NCBI GenBank assembly: GCA_973895155.1
Contig: OZ316899.1
Location: 3,617,455 to 3,681,454 of the forward strand
Source of the DNA: Marsupella aquatica
Taxonomy: Eukaryota; Plantae; Marchantiophyta
DNA: 64,000 nt
Direction of reading: 5' to 3'
Shown one piece after another: positions 45,270 to 58,700 of the stretch. Below the pieces are notes generated by a model. That model did not search any database and was not told where the DNA came from. It saw only the letters and a program-made list of their open reading frames with translations. Numbering within the stretch: the stretch's first letter is position 1; each line of letters opens with the position of its first letter. The position numbers and the translations under genes are program-made.

Positions 45270-47920
45270 TAGGTGATCATTGGCCGCCGTGCACATGGCG
45301 TCATCATACTTTTCACGCATGGTCTCCAACCGGTCGAGTAACTTATCATACTTCCTTTGGGCTTCTACCAAGGCCTTTTCGCTCTGGGTGGCCTGCTCCT
45401 TAGCCGTCTTTCTGAGCCTCTCAACTTAGCGATTTAAACCCTGTACCTCTACTTTTGAATCGGCTAACTCCAGCTCTATCTTCATCAACTTTTCCTTGAT
45501 CTGCTGGTTATCCAATTGGTAGTTTTCCAATTGGTTGTTTGCCATGTCCAATTCCTGCTGCCTAGCCAAGAGATCCTGCTGAGTTGGTTGAGCAGACTTC
45601 GTCTTAGCAACTTCAGCCTCCATGGAGCGAAGCCGAGAGATTACTTCCTCCTTCTTCAATCGCTCCAATGTCATTGCCTCCTCCAGTCTCGTTTGATCAG
45701 CCATTTCTTTTCTAAGAAATGGCCCGGATTCCAACTCGTTGCCGAAGATTTCTAAGGCTAAGAGTCCACACATGTCTCCATACTCCTTAGCCCGATTTCT
45801 TGCATAGTTTGACCTCCCAGGTGATACTGGCATCTGCCATCGAGGTCATCTCTCCCAAGCTTCAGCCCATAATTGGTCAAAATTAGTGAGAGGTTCGGCT
45901 TGCCTCTCACTAAGCCGTCTTATTCCTTCTGGCCACTCACCTCCTGGTAGCTGGCATTCGTGTTCTGCATTCCGGGCCCCCCACTCCTTAATCTTCTCAT
46001 GTAGCCCGGCTTCAGCTTCCTTCATCTTGTCGAATTCCAATGGCGTCACATCTGGTGGAGGAGATTTTGGCATTTTCTGGTCCTCCGGTTTGCCATAGAA
46101 GACCGCGGGAAGTCTTCTACAAAACCTTCCCATCGTTCCAACTCCTGGGACCGGCCTCTCCCCATGATCGTCATAGTCGTCATCGTAATCATCCACATTG
46201 ACCTGACTACCTAACATGTCGGCCTCTCCTCCAAAGCCCCCAATCTCCTCCTCTGAAAATTGTTGGGCTGCAGCTGGTTGACCTTCCACCACGGATCCGT
46301 TCACTTGGGCTCTGTTAGAAGCTTTTACAACCGGCCTCTCCTGGCCTCGGCTTACCTCCTCGTCTGTCTCCGAATCCATTCGCTCATCATATTTCTTTCT
46401 CTCTTCGGCAGTCATCTTCCTCTCGACCAACTGGATGCCTGCATGTGGATTATTGCGAGTAGGCCGGCGTAACAGATTTCTCACTATATCATATGTTACT
46501 ACCTCTGGCTCCTTGATAGGGGAATGCTCCCGTTCTCGTGTTGCCTGTGTCGCCGACCTCCTCCTGTGGCGTCGTATGTTTAGAGGCTCCTCGTCCTCCT
46601 CCACTTCCTCAAGTGGTGCAGTGATCTGCATCCGCTCCTGTATAGGCAACACTGGTGCAAAAGACTGGCTTCTTGCATAACGGCAAAGCAATTGCAGATG
46701 GTACCCTAGTCTGGATACCGCTCCCTCCCCAATGCTCTGCTTCTCTTCGTTTAATGCCTTCTTTAACTGCATTAAGAGATAGCCATTGTAGTCTCGGCTT
46801 GCATCGATATTCTCTACCAAAAATACCAGGCTTTGCCGATTTCTGCTCTCGGCAAGGTACAATGCAATGTGACTCTCAGGAAATCAATCAGCTGCCCTAT
46901 ATGTGGGTTGGTACATTGATTCCTAAAAAACCCATTCTTAGTGGAAGGCCCTAGAAATGACCTGAACTGGTCGTCTGACAACGTCTTCCTCTGCTCCACC
47001 TTTGTTTTCCTTCCTGTTGGTAAAGCGAACACGGCTTCGAGAAGCGCAGGAGTTAATTCGAACACCTTTCCATACAGCAGCGTTGTGTTGGAAGAAGCCT
47101 CCTAGCATCCCACGAAGTCCAACAGATCCTCATCCGGTATGTCTACCATTCTCCAGGGCAACCTGACAAAGCCCTCCAAGCTAGTGTCATTCATATATCC
47201 TGCATATTTGTTATCCTGAACGGCACTGAAGACCTCATCCTCATCTCTTGCGAACTGTAATTGTAAATTGGCAGGTAACCTGTTCGCCCACCCTGTCATG
47301 TTTTTATCTTCTACAGCCCGGTCTCTAATTGGCCCGGATTCCATCTTGATTGGTCTCTCCAACCTAGTTCGCTTTGCTGGAGTTGCAGATGCCGAACCTC
47401 CCTTGCGCTTCATCTCTTCAGTGCCTGAATACTCCCCAAGAATAGCTGCCTTCGTCCACTTTGCAGTGTGACCCTTCAATTCCCAAAGTGGTTGCCCGAC
47501 GTTCTTGATTGCCTCCCTGATCCCCACGACCTTATTCTCCCGAATTAGCAATTCGTCAAGCTCCGCACTGGTGGGTGTCCACGAGAACTTTTCTAATACC
47601 TCCTCCGTATCTACGAATGCCGATTTGTGAATTCCCCACAATCGCGCAAGCTCTGCTCGTTCTCTGGCTGCGCGCTCCGGCTCAACGTCTTCATACGTAC
47701 CTAGCTGCCTTGATTCTTCAAGCAAACAACCCCAAAACTTCCCTGCCTGATTCACCGTGTTCATTCCACCGAATGCCAAGAACCTGCGCAATTTCTCAAA
47801 CCACCTCCCCCGTTCGATCGGCAGCTGATTCGCTAGGTTGATCGAACAAGCAATTGCACTAGTGTACAGAGTGTCGGTCCCCTCCTTACGAAGCCGCCTC
47901 CTGATGGCTTGCGTGATCAA
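45270..47920 (-). pseudogene. Long transposon accessory ORF of unknown function (helical N-terminus, acidic middle, C-terminal coiled coil), broken into ORFs 47102-47920, 46814-47065, 45846-46862 and 45426-45833
   Basis: Consecutive minus-strand ORFs with protein-like composition and a heptad-rich end (QTRLEEAMTLERLKKEEVISRLRSMEAEV...). It lies between TE remnants and resembles Gypsy accessory ORFs in general layout; no family was recognised. Confidence 0.45.
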
Positions 47921-48168
47921 GCCCTGATTAGGTCATAACCCTAATCCCACTTAATCGCGACCGTTGGATCAGATCCCATCATAATTTCCCCCGAACATAT
48001 TGAAATCGGCTTCGATCTTTATAACTCCCTAATTATATCTACCTAATCTTTATTTAGCCATTATTTTAGGCTTAACTAAGTACTTCGTGATCCTGGCACG
48101 GCATCACAATTAGAATAAAGAGTAATTGACAAGGAATGTGATACAAGGGAGGCCCAAAGTAGTGAAAT

Positions 48169-48360
48169 ATGGAATTAACTACCTTTGATTGGTCGTTTAA
48201 ATTTGAAAGCATTCCATTTGGGCTACATAACGCACCAAATGAATGTAAACACATGATTGAAAGTTGGATAAGAGTTATTGAAGAAGAAGAATCAATAATT
48301 GATGAATCTACCACAATGGGTCTTGAGATTCACTTTGAAGAAACATTAGTTGAAGATTAA
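48169..48360 (+). pseudogene. Short Gypsy reverse-transcriptase remnant
   Basis: FKFESIPFGLHNAP resembles the Gypsy RT motif fe(w)xvMPFGLxNAP. Confidence 0.45.
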
Positions 48361-48625
48361 ATGAAACTTAACCTTCAATTTAGGTGACAGGCAAGGTCTG
48401 CGGCTAGGGAAAGTTGGATCAATGTCTCGAGTAATTGCACAAGTTGTCACTATCTAATTGTCAAAAATGCTAGATAGCAAGCCAAAAGTGCACAAGAAAT
48501 TAAGTAAATTGAAGCCATATAATGTTTAATTGATACAAGAAAGAACATAAATGAAGTTAGAAATTATGTTGGATAATTAATTCAAGGATTTGACAACTAG
48601 TCAACTCCAACGATTAATAGAGACC

Positions 48626-49150
48626 TGTCACCCCCGGACCTACTTTGGTCCCCAAATTTTGGCCCCTCACCTGGACCCCAACCTGCATGTTATCATTTGA
48701 CAATGCCCATAACTTTCTAGTTAGGCTTCCGTAAACGGAGTGTCTTAGCATGTTGTGATCGGGCTGACCCAGTGCTCATGCCTAGGCCCTTAGATCCCAT
48801 TGTCGCCTGAGACCCCGATCAGGCCATAACTCGTGCCCCAAGCGTCTGTTGCCCATGGAGTAAACTCCATTGGCCTTGGGCCCAAGAGGAGCTCTCACAC
48901 GAGCTGTTAGAACTCAAAGTCCGTCTGGGGGTGCGGATGGTAGACCTTGAGTCCGGCCTTTTCCCCGTGACTCGACTAGCCTTCAACTAGTCTAAGTCCT
49001 TAGTGTGTGTTGTCAGCTTAGCGCCTTGTGCCTTTGTCAGTTCCACGCCCCATTGCCCACAAGTCTCCCTATGCTAAGTCCCCGGATGATTGTTCCGGGC
49101 CTGGATCATAGAGGAGCTCGACGTCGGAGTCAGCGATGCCGAAACTAGAG
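48626..49150 (+). repeat. Probable partial Gypsy LTR
   Basis: Starts TGTCACCCCC and contains CATAACTTT...TCCGTAAACGGAGTG, similar to plant Gypsy LTR motifs. The right boundary is uncertain. Confidence 0.4.
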
Positions 49151-49794
49151 TAAGTGTTAAAATAATCGAGAGTTCAACGACTTACTAAGAACAGCCCAAA
49201 AAAAAATCTTTTCAGCAATTTTTTTTCCTGTTTCCCCAAATCGGACTCATACCCCCCCACACATACTTGTTAGAGTTGTTTGGCACCGGCAAGAGGGCCC
49301 TTAGTTTTGATCCTCTAGTTTTGATCGGAGAGCACCTTACAAGTTTTGCAATCCCACTCCGACAGAACCGATTTGAATCAAAGGTCAGCAAAGCGGAAGT
49401 TGGCAAACAAGGCGTAACAAAATGCTACCCCGTGACCTGACTTAAAGTCTTGAGCAAGTTCTGTAGCTGATGACCCGGAAACTACGTCATCCCATGGACC
49501 ATGTTGCTCACCAGTTTGTCGAAGATCGCTGCCATGTCATGTCTTTCTACGTTGCAAGTAGACAGATTACACGTTCGACCATGAAGCGAATATAAGGATA
49601 TTCATTGCTCTTGACTTTGCAACATTCGTTACAATCTAACAACAATCTACACATATGCAGCTTAGTTCGCTGGGGACATTTAGCCCAGTCTCCTAACGCA
49701 TGCTACTTAGACCCTAGGCCCTTGCTTCGTTTCACTTTGGTTACACATTGAGTAGGTTTCATCTTTGCCGATGTCCTTGGTGTGAAAGAACGCT

Positions 49795-52700
49795 ATGGAG
49801 GACGCTATAGAGCAAATCCAGACTAAGGACACGAAAGAGAGGATGGCTGGAGTAGAGCGACTTCTGAGTATCCTTGAACACAGTCGGAAGGGTCTTTCAG
49901 CGCATGAAGTGGAAATCCTGGTCGACGCATCGCTGGTGTTGCTTGAAGACAACAATTTCAGAGTGTCACAAGGAACATTACAGGCCCTTGCGTCCGCAGC
50001 AGCTTTAGCGGGGGAGCATTTAAAGTGTCATTTTAACTCTTTGTTACCTGCCATCATCGAGCGCCTCGGTGATGGCAAGCAACCTGTTCGTGATGCTGGT
50101 CGACAGCTCCTTCTAGCACTCATGGAGGTATTTGTACTGTGACGAAATAACGAATGAAACGATGGACTAAGAATTTTGTCTCGTGTCATTCATCGTCTGA
50201 AACAGTATTTTCCGATATCGTTCGAGACGTTGAAGTTCTCAGTAGTAAGTTCATTGCAGCCGTTTCTGCTCCTAGCCAGTCTGCATTGATCAAGATTTGC
50301 GAAACTTGATAGGCGTGTTCCGGTCCGATCTCGGTCGTCACTCGTCATCTCCCATATCACTCCTTGGAGATTCAATGATTACGTCGAGTTCTCTTGAAAT
50401 TCGAGGCTCATGTGCTTTGCGTTATTCTGTAACTTCCTGATACTTTCTCTCCGAGTGGAGTAAATGTGAAGAAGTTGGGGCATTGTATGGGTGTACACGG
50501 AAAGCAGCAGACAGACTTCAGGTTGAAGATCCGTCGCACTGCCTCTATGAAACGGCTTGGCAGAGTATGCCTGCTCCGAAATTCAGGCTTATTTTTCTCC
50601 TCAGACAGTCTCGGAGATGATCATAGTTTTACTCCAGCTTAACCTAGACGTTATGGAAATTTTAGCCTATATGACCTACTTTATTTCTAGCGTCTAATCG
50701 ATCCCCATTAGCGTGCTGTAAGCTCGTGCTCTCGAAAATACACGTCTCGATAAGTCTCGCTGGCTACTGGCATGGGATGGTTCTGTCTTTTCATCTCTTT
50801 CGATCGGGCTTCACTAAACAGTCTCATTGTCTGATATTCGATTGTAGATATCATCTCCCACCGTTATTGTCGAGAGAGCCAGGAGCTTTGCTTGGGGGCA
50901 TCGAAAATGGAGAGTCAGAGAAGAGTTTGCACGCACTGTAGCGTCAGCTGTCAATTTGTTTGCCGCAACTGAGCTCCCCTTCCTGAGGATGCTTTTACCT
51001 TCGGTACGTTCCAATTAATTTGCCCAGTTGTTCAAAATGGAAAAAGTATTCATACATTGTTAATTTACTCTTCAATCTTCATATCTTTAAAAAGTTTAAC
51101 CCCATTCAGACATGAGAACCTACTTTAGTGGAGGTTTAGGTTTTTTTTAAAATTGTTTACAACCACTGTGAACAGTTGCAATAAGATTGGTTTCGTGCTT
51201 TTCTTAATCTCTGTCGCGAAGATTTTTTGGTATGACTGTAGTTTCCATGCTGGCGTAGTTCTAGACCAGACTTTAGCCATCTATTCAGAGAAGCACAGCA
51301 ATCAGTATGCACGTTCTATCTCATTTTATATAAAATCACGAGGTCAGTATGTTGGGACCTCTAGTTGAGGGCCAGGAGTCTGTTCGACTTCCGCGCACTT
51401 GTGTCTTGTTTTGCTGATCACAACTAACTTGTTTTGCATTTCTTGATTTTGCGTGGCTTGTGTATATGTCGGTCTTAGAACTTGATGGGTCCCATTCGAA
51501 AAGACGATTCAGCCATTGATTCGTTCTGTAGTTGATTCGGTCTGTAGTCTACGGCGATTGCCTACTCTTTTTGATCAAATGGGTTGTATTATAAGTGCAC
51601 TGTCCAGTGTTATAAGTGCACAGACACATATACTGCATGTGAATAAGGAGTTTAATGTTGTCGTGGCAGGTTTTACGGCTTTTGGAAGACTCTAATAGTT
51701 GTGTAAGAGAGGCAGCAATGCTCTGCTTGGAGGTGACTTCCTCGTCCGATTTTGTTTCATAGGTCGTCAGTGCTCTTGCGCGTGAGTTGGTCGTGCCTAG
51801 TGATTCCGTTGTTTTTTTCTCCTTCATCTGGGTACCCTAGATCTATCTTTCCTTTCCGAGCAGATTTCAGGTCAATAAATATACAAGTTTCAAGTTTTGC
51901 TGCTAGGAGGGTTTTTTACTCAACAGCTCATATCATTGTTTGTATTTCTTCTATTGAATCTAGGAAATGTATCGACAAGGGGGTTCTCAGTTCAGAGATG
52001 ACCTTCAATGCCATCAGTTACGACCAGCACAGGTTGTATTTCGCGTCCGTCCCATTCTTTGGGCCAAATTGTGGGAGGGATTCTCAAGAACTAATTCTCA
52101 TCTAAACGAATTATTCTCCTTGACTTTGCCCTATATTTACTGCAGCTTTGCCCAAAATATTCCGCTATGTTTTGCACAGCTGGTTGGACTCTGATCGACA
52201 CGTGAGATGGTGCCTTTCCTAGACATTGTATGCTTTCTCGAGTTTTGCATAAGCAGTTTTTAGTAATTTAAGTAACCTCAATTGCATTATATGGGCTACG
52301 TTATGTCAGTACCTTTCAGCTTCAATTTTCTAAATTGTAGGTGCTTCTCTCAACAGTTCAAAGATATCACTTGTCGCTTCAACAATATCGAGCCCGTGCG
52401 GTGTTCTTTTGAGAATATGGCAAACCAAATCGTACCAGATAAAGAAGTCAGGGACTTAGGACAATGTGCGACATCTGAGCGTAAGTTGAGTTTGGTAGCA
52501 GCAACTGCTCGCCGAAGCAGTTTTAGGGTTAAGTCTGCTCAGACCGAGACCACAATTGGAGGTACGTAGTAAAGAATCTCAGGTTTCCTCCCAAACTCTG
52601 TTACTCAAATACAGTTTTGACTTGTCTCTTGTTTGTAAGGTTGTCCTATTTTAAAAGTCAAGGTGAAAGAAGTCTTTTGCTAATGTTGAGCTGTTGGTCT

Positions 52701-55700
52701 AAGAGTTGATGTATCTTCACTTCTCCCTGATGGTGATAATTAATAAACTGAGAATTTGGACTTTTAGTCGGGAATGACTCGGACAAGTATGGCAACCAAT
52801 TTCTCGATGTCAAGTTACCCCATTCTCTTACTTTCGAACTTTACAATACACGATGGACTGTTGAAAGCTTGGCTTTGTGATTTTCTTTGACAAATTCTCC
52901 TGGCTCTCCAAGGTGGCCGCGACGTTGCAGAGTTCCAAGCTGATTCAATCCGAGTGTATTCTGACAAAGAACTTGTCAAAGAGATAGAAAAAGCTGCGGG
53001 CCTGCTTGCACCAGAGCAAGATTGGTCCGTGCGGATAGCTGCCATGCAAAGAATTGAAGGACTTGTTGCTGGAGGTGAGTCAAGGCAGATAAGAACGTTT
53101 GAGCTTGGATTGCCCTCGGTCACTAAACTTGCTCTAAGCTTACCTCCATGTGATTGTCTTTATGGACGGGATTCCTATGTTCAAGTCAAGTTGAATCCAT
53201 TTTGGGGAAGACTTGAAATGCTGATTCGGCTGTATCCCTGGAAGGTTGCTGCTCGAGTTGTACGGTATTTTGCAAAGATAATTTGTGCTCAGGAAGGAAT
53301 AGATCTGAAACCAAGCTTCTTGCCGTGCTTTGGAAGGGTGCTTTCAAGCCTGAAGCGGGAATAACACTTGAGCCACTTTCTGTTGTCAGCGAGTTCACAT
53401 GATTTTCTTGTGTAAGTCCTTTCTTGTGGCACCGAGTTTGGGTATCTTGGTCTAGAATCGCTCAGGGTTGTCCCTGAGATTCCAGATCAAATTGGAGCTC
53501 TCCCTTGTTAGACTTCGATAGTTGAGGAGCCGCCTGCTGCATTTATCTGCAATGTTCCCAATGACCAGAATTGTTTCTGTACAACACAACAGTTTCTCTC
53601 AAGCTGCCTACCTTTTGTGATAGCAGCCTTCATGGGGTAGACCACCAGCCCACTGCCCTACCGGACACGATAAGGTCCTGACCATATTTCTTCTCTGGAA
53701 CATGATACACAGTCTTCCCTGTGAAAAACCGTATGAACTGAACCTGGCAATATCCAAACCTCTCGTTACGGATTTGCGTTTGATTGTCATACCGATCAAG
53801 CTGCGAGTCATTGTAACAATCCCAGATGGTGTCTGAAGTGCCCATGCCTGTTCCGAGAGTGAGTGAAGAGGTGCTCCTCACCAGAATGCCGGATTCCATC
53901 CAGGATTCGCATCCCAAGTTGCTAATGCTTGACCCTGTTGGAGAAACTGTCATGTTGACTGTTCAAGAAAGAGGTGGAAGCGTCATGAGAAGTTTGATCA
54001 AACTTGGGCGATTCAAATTGGGTCTAGTATTCCTTAAAGCCCCAATTACACAAACCCAAGGTCGTTGCTAACACAGACCTCAGACTATTATGTTTTACTC
54101 AATTTAATACAGTGTAGCTTGACGCTGTCATACGCATGATTCCGATTTAATTTCATTGTACGTTTGCATCTGTAAACAACCAGCGAACGAATCTGAAGCC
54201 CTTGTGTCTTTTTGGACCTGCACCTATTTGCTGTGCTCTTAGGCGAGGCGATTAATGGTACTTCGCACCTGGCTGGAAGGAAGTCTGGAATGAAACAATT
54301 ACACCCCACGTACCTCTTTTGCTATGAGACTGACTAGAGTACATGTTTCCAAACCACCGTTAATGTGGCAACTGAAGGATGTGAGAGGGCACTGTGTTCG
54401 AGGTTTGTTTGCCGTCGGAATAGTGAGTGATGTTCTTGGCTAGGACTTTTTTCTCATTTAGCTGCTTTGTACCAGTGGGTGGCTTACAAATGTGGAAAAC
54501 TTACCAGATGCATTTCCCTGCTGTACTCTGACAAGACTTCTTGTTTCCTTTGTTCGCTGCCTGGTATGCCCGGAATCAATATGCTGTAATATTCCATCGC
54601 TCCTGCTACGTGTTATTAGTTACGTTATACGGGCCTTACTAACTTCAAAAATATGAGTTTACCCTTAGTAGGCATGCAGATGGGATATTTTAAAACACGT
54701 AGTAGTTGTCAGATTGCTTCTTGGATTATATATTGTCCTGCTGGGTGTTTTACCTTGATTACCTTGCAATATCTCTTGCTAGGACAGGCGACTTTCGTGT
54801 CTATATACGATGTTACGGAGTCAACTGCAGATCCTATGCAATGAGTTGTCTGTCTGATCTGATCATTTCATACTCAATTGACCTTAGACTTACCTCGATT
54901 GATCGTTTTCAGCGCCGCAGAGTCTCCACGAGCCTGGCCAGTTAGTATTGGTCGTATGTGTTTCTTTTTATCAGGTCATGCACTTCACCGCTGTCCCTTC
55001 TTGCAGGTGCTGCTGAATACGCAAGCTTCAATTCACTGATGAAGCAGCTTGTGTCCCCCCTCAATGGTCAATTATCTGATCGCCGCTCGAGCATTGTGAA
55101 GCAGGTTGGTGTTCATGCTTGAAGAGTTTGGTACTTAAGTGGATCCACGGCAATTATCACAGATTGTGGTCTATTACACTCAGATTTTAACTTAAGAGCC
55201 TTCTCACGGAGATTGGTTATCTTATTACGCGGAGGTTTTAGTCTTCATCACACAGAAATTTCTACTTCTCTTACAAATAATCTTGGTTCTATTGGTGTTC
55301 CAGGCGTGTCAGCTCTTAAACTTGTTGTCCAGGGAGCTTCGTGTCAATTTCGAAGCATTCGCTGAGTCCTTTATACCGGTGAGTTGGTATATTCCTTTCT
55401 AGTTTATGATAGCTTAGTGAAATAAATTCGGATGTTAAAAGAAAGGTAGGGATTTTTCTCTGAGGGTAACTGGAAATAATCTCATTGTTTCTGGAGAATG
55501 GTTTGTTGTAATAGCAAGGACAAGTGCCACGATTGCATTACTTTTGCGCAGATCTCTTTATATTGTTGTTACCCTGTTTCAGCTGTGATATTGTAAGTAT
55601 CAGATGCTTTGTCGAATTTTCTGCTATTTTAATCTTAGCATCTGTAACTCTTTTTTTAATACACAAAAGTCATGTAGTATTCATGCCAGCTGAATCGTTT

Positions 55701-58700
55701 TGCACGAACTTGCATCAGAATTACCCCTTTTCAGAGTAACCTCCCGTGGAGGTTGTCTTACAGTATCAGGCTTGCTGAGGTAACTAAGATATCTTGGGTC
55801 ATTTAACGGTAACCTTAAGTGCCTCCAAATAGTCTCAACTCTTGGTAGGTCACATTAGAAACTTACGCATTCTTAAGGATGTTTACGGGTTGGCGTTTTC
55901 AGGTTTTGTTCAAGTTGGTGGTCATAACTGTGCTGGTGATTGCAGACTCTGCAGATATCTGCATAAAAACTGTGAGTTTGCTGCTTATCTTTGTTTATCG
56001 TGCTCCAGCTAACCCAGTAATAAATAGGAGCACTCTTATAGTTCGTTATATGTCTGTTTCCTTATTGGTACTATGGTTTGATTTTTTTCCATGTCAAGAA
56101 TTCTGTGTTTTAATTTTCTTTTTAACGTAAAATCCTGCAGATGCTCCGTCACTGTCGTGTAAGTCGCGTCCTTCCAAAACTCATGGAGTGTGGTAAGCAT
56201 GATCGCAATGCAGTTTTGCGTGCCAGGTAAGAGGCTTAATAATTATAGAGATCATCACTTTCTTTTTGACACTGTGTTGGTTCATATGATTGTGGCGTTC
56301 AATTCACTGAAAAACCTCCCAAAACGTACAGGTGTTGTGAGTATGCCCTTTTGGTTTTAGAGCAGTGGAGTGATTCTCCTGAGATACAGCGGTCAGTTGA
56401 CCTATACGAAGATCTTATCAAATCTTGTGTTGGAGATGCTGTTAGTGAGGTAGTCGTCCTTACCCTTCTGGTTACATGAAGCAGTGTGTCATTGGTTTCG
56501 TGCATGAGCTACTGTTTTCTGTCATTGAGTTGGGTATACTGACAGATGCATTGACAAGCAGAGGGTCAATGGATCTCTCCAAAGAATATCTATTTTTAGC
56601 ATGAAGTAATTGATTTCGGGTTCTTAAGGGACAATTCACTGCAAGCGCACGTTCCTTAAGACGTTCAAAGCTAGTTTTAAGGTTTTTAACTGGGAACAAA
56701 CAATCTTGTTTATCAGGTTCGCTGTTCTGCAAGAATGTGTTATCGTGTGTTTTCCAAATGCTGGCCCGAACGAGCTCAACGAATTTTTGTAACATTCGAT
56801 GCTTCTGTACAACGGGTATGTCTCATGTATGCCGGGGTCCGTTTCTTTTCGTTATGGTCATCTTACCCGGTATCCAAACTTACGCAAGGTTGTGTAATGG
56901 TGGGTTTTGACGTGCTTGCTAGAATTGTTTCCGGATAAATTTATTACGAATTATTTTTGCTTCATCTTGGACTTCTTCTCCCTGATGTTTGACTGAGCTT
57001 CCCAATTTTGACAATTTTTGCCATCCGTAAATTTAAGCAGCTTTTGAATGAGGACAAAGGAGTATTCCAGAAATCCTATGCATTCCCATCTGCATTAGAA
57101 AGGGGGTGTGAGCACCACCAGCCAGTGAAGCAGTCCTCTACTATGGCAGTGACTGGTACTAGACATCAGTTAGCAACCTATGGTACATCAGCATATTCCA
57201 ATACAACGACAGGGAATGCTGACAAAAGTACGACCGGTCCAGCTGCATTGGGAAGCCCCATCATAAACAGGCCATATCAAGGGACATCGGCCGAGTTGGT
57301 GGCAGCAAGAACTCTAGAGAGGGTACTTCAAGCTAGTCAACAGCAAGTAATTGCCATAGAAAACATGCTAAGAGGGGGGGAAAAGATAGACAAAAGTGCA
57401 ACTCGTGCAACTGGGGGTCATGACCTCACGGCCGGAAGTAGTGACAAGAGGGCACCGTCAATGTCATCCAAGATGGCATTAAGAGACCCAGGTAGTTTGT
57501 CTTGAATTGAACCCTTTTTAACATGTTGCAGATTAAAATGGTCACGTCCAAGGTCATAGGATCGCATGTTTATTTAGCATATCAGTATTAGTTTCCTTTT
57601 TATTACTGGAGGGGCATGCCGTTTTTATTTCAGTGAATGTTTGGCTGACACATATATTTCATTGCTTTGATTCGCAGGTGGGAGCTACGCAGGCAAATTT
57701 AGTAACTCAGTTACTAATTATGTTGGCATGGATCATACATCTGCTTGTGATCCAGACTATCCTGCGTTGGTGCTTGCTCCTAAACAAATTGCCTCCCATG
57801 CTGCAAGTCGGCCGGCAGGAAATGCTACATTAGATCAAATTCAAGGACAAGGGAGTGTCAGCTCTGGAGATTTTAGTGGGGTTGACAACTCTACGGCCCA
57901 GCAGTTGGAAACCTTTGCTATAGCGAGGCACCCTCATTCTCAGATTATTGATGCTCACCACAGAGGGAATGAACTTGTGGGCAGCTTATCAACCGGAATT
58001 ACTGCACGGAGGGTACCACAACATAAATCCCTAGCAAATGGTAGCAATGCATATCTGGGGGAGCTGAAAGGACCTAAACGTGTCATGCGAACAGATAATG
58101 CAGACAAGGGTATTGAGAAGAAAGAATTGGATTCCGCTTGTATACCTGGGTTCCAAAGACCGTTGCTACGGCAAAGATCTTCAGGAAGTGCTAGAAGTAG
58201 TATGGATGAAAATCCTGTGCTTGCACAATTTGTTGCACGTGGGGAGATGCATAGATACACAGAAGTTCTCGTGCCATTGACGGATGCTTTGACCGAAGGT
58301 CTCAGTGTTAGTGCGGACTGGGCTGTTCGAGGAGCTGCCTTCATTTTTCTGGGAAAAGTTCTGCAGCAAGGTTCTAAAGGGTTGCAGGAAATTAATCAGA
58401 ATTTTGGAACGGTGATGAAACTGTTTTCTGCACATCTGGACGATCCTCATCACAAAGTGGCTCATGCTGCTTTGTCAACTTTAGCAGAACTTGTCCCTGT
58501 GTGTCGAAAGTCTTTTGAAGCGTACTTAGAGAGAATTGTGCCGCAAGTGTTCGGGCGATTGGTCGATGCAAAGGAGGTCATTCGGCAGCTTGGTAGCAAG
58601 GTTCTTGAAGTTGTTGGAAACACGTACAGTATTGACTCTTTGCTGCCTGCACTGCTCCGTTCACTTGATGAGCAGAGGTCACCAAAGGTCAAAATGAGGG

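Noticed and set aside
53608-54071. ORFs in CLASP intron 6 as a nested gene or extra exon
   Set aside because: No recognisable homology, and exons 6 and 7 already join in frame with conserved CLASP sequence.
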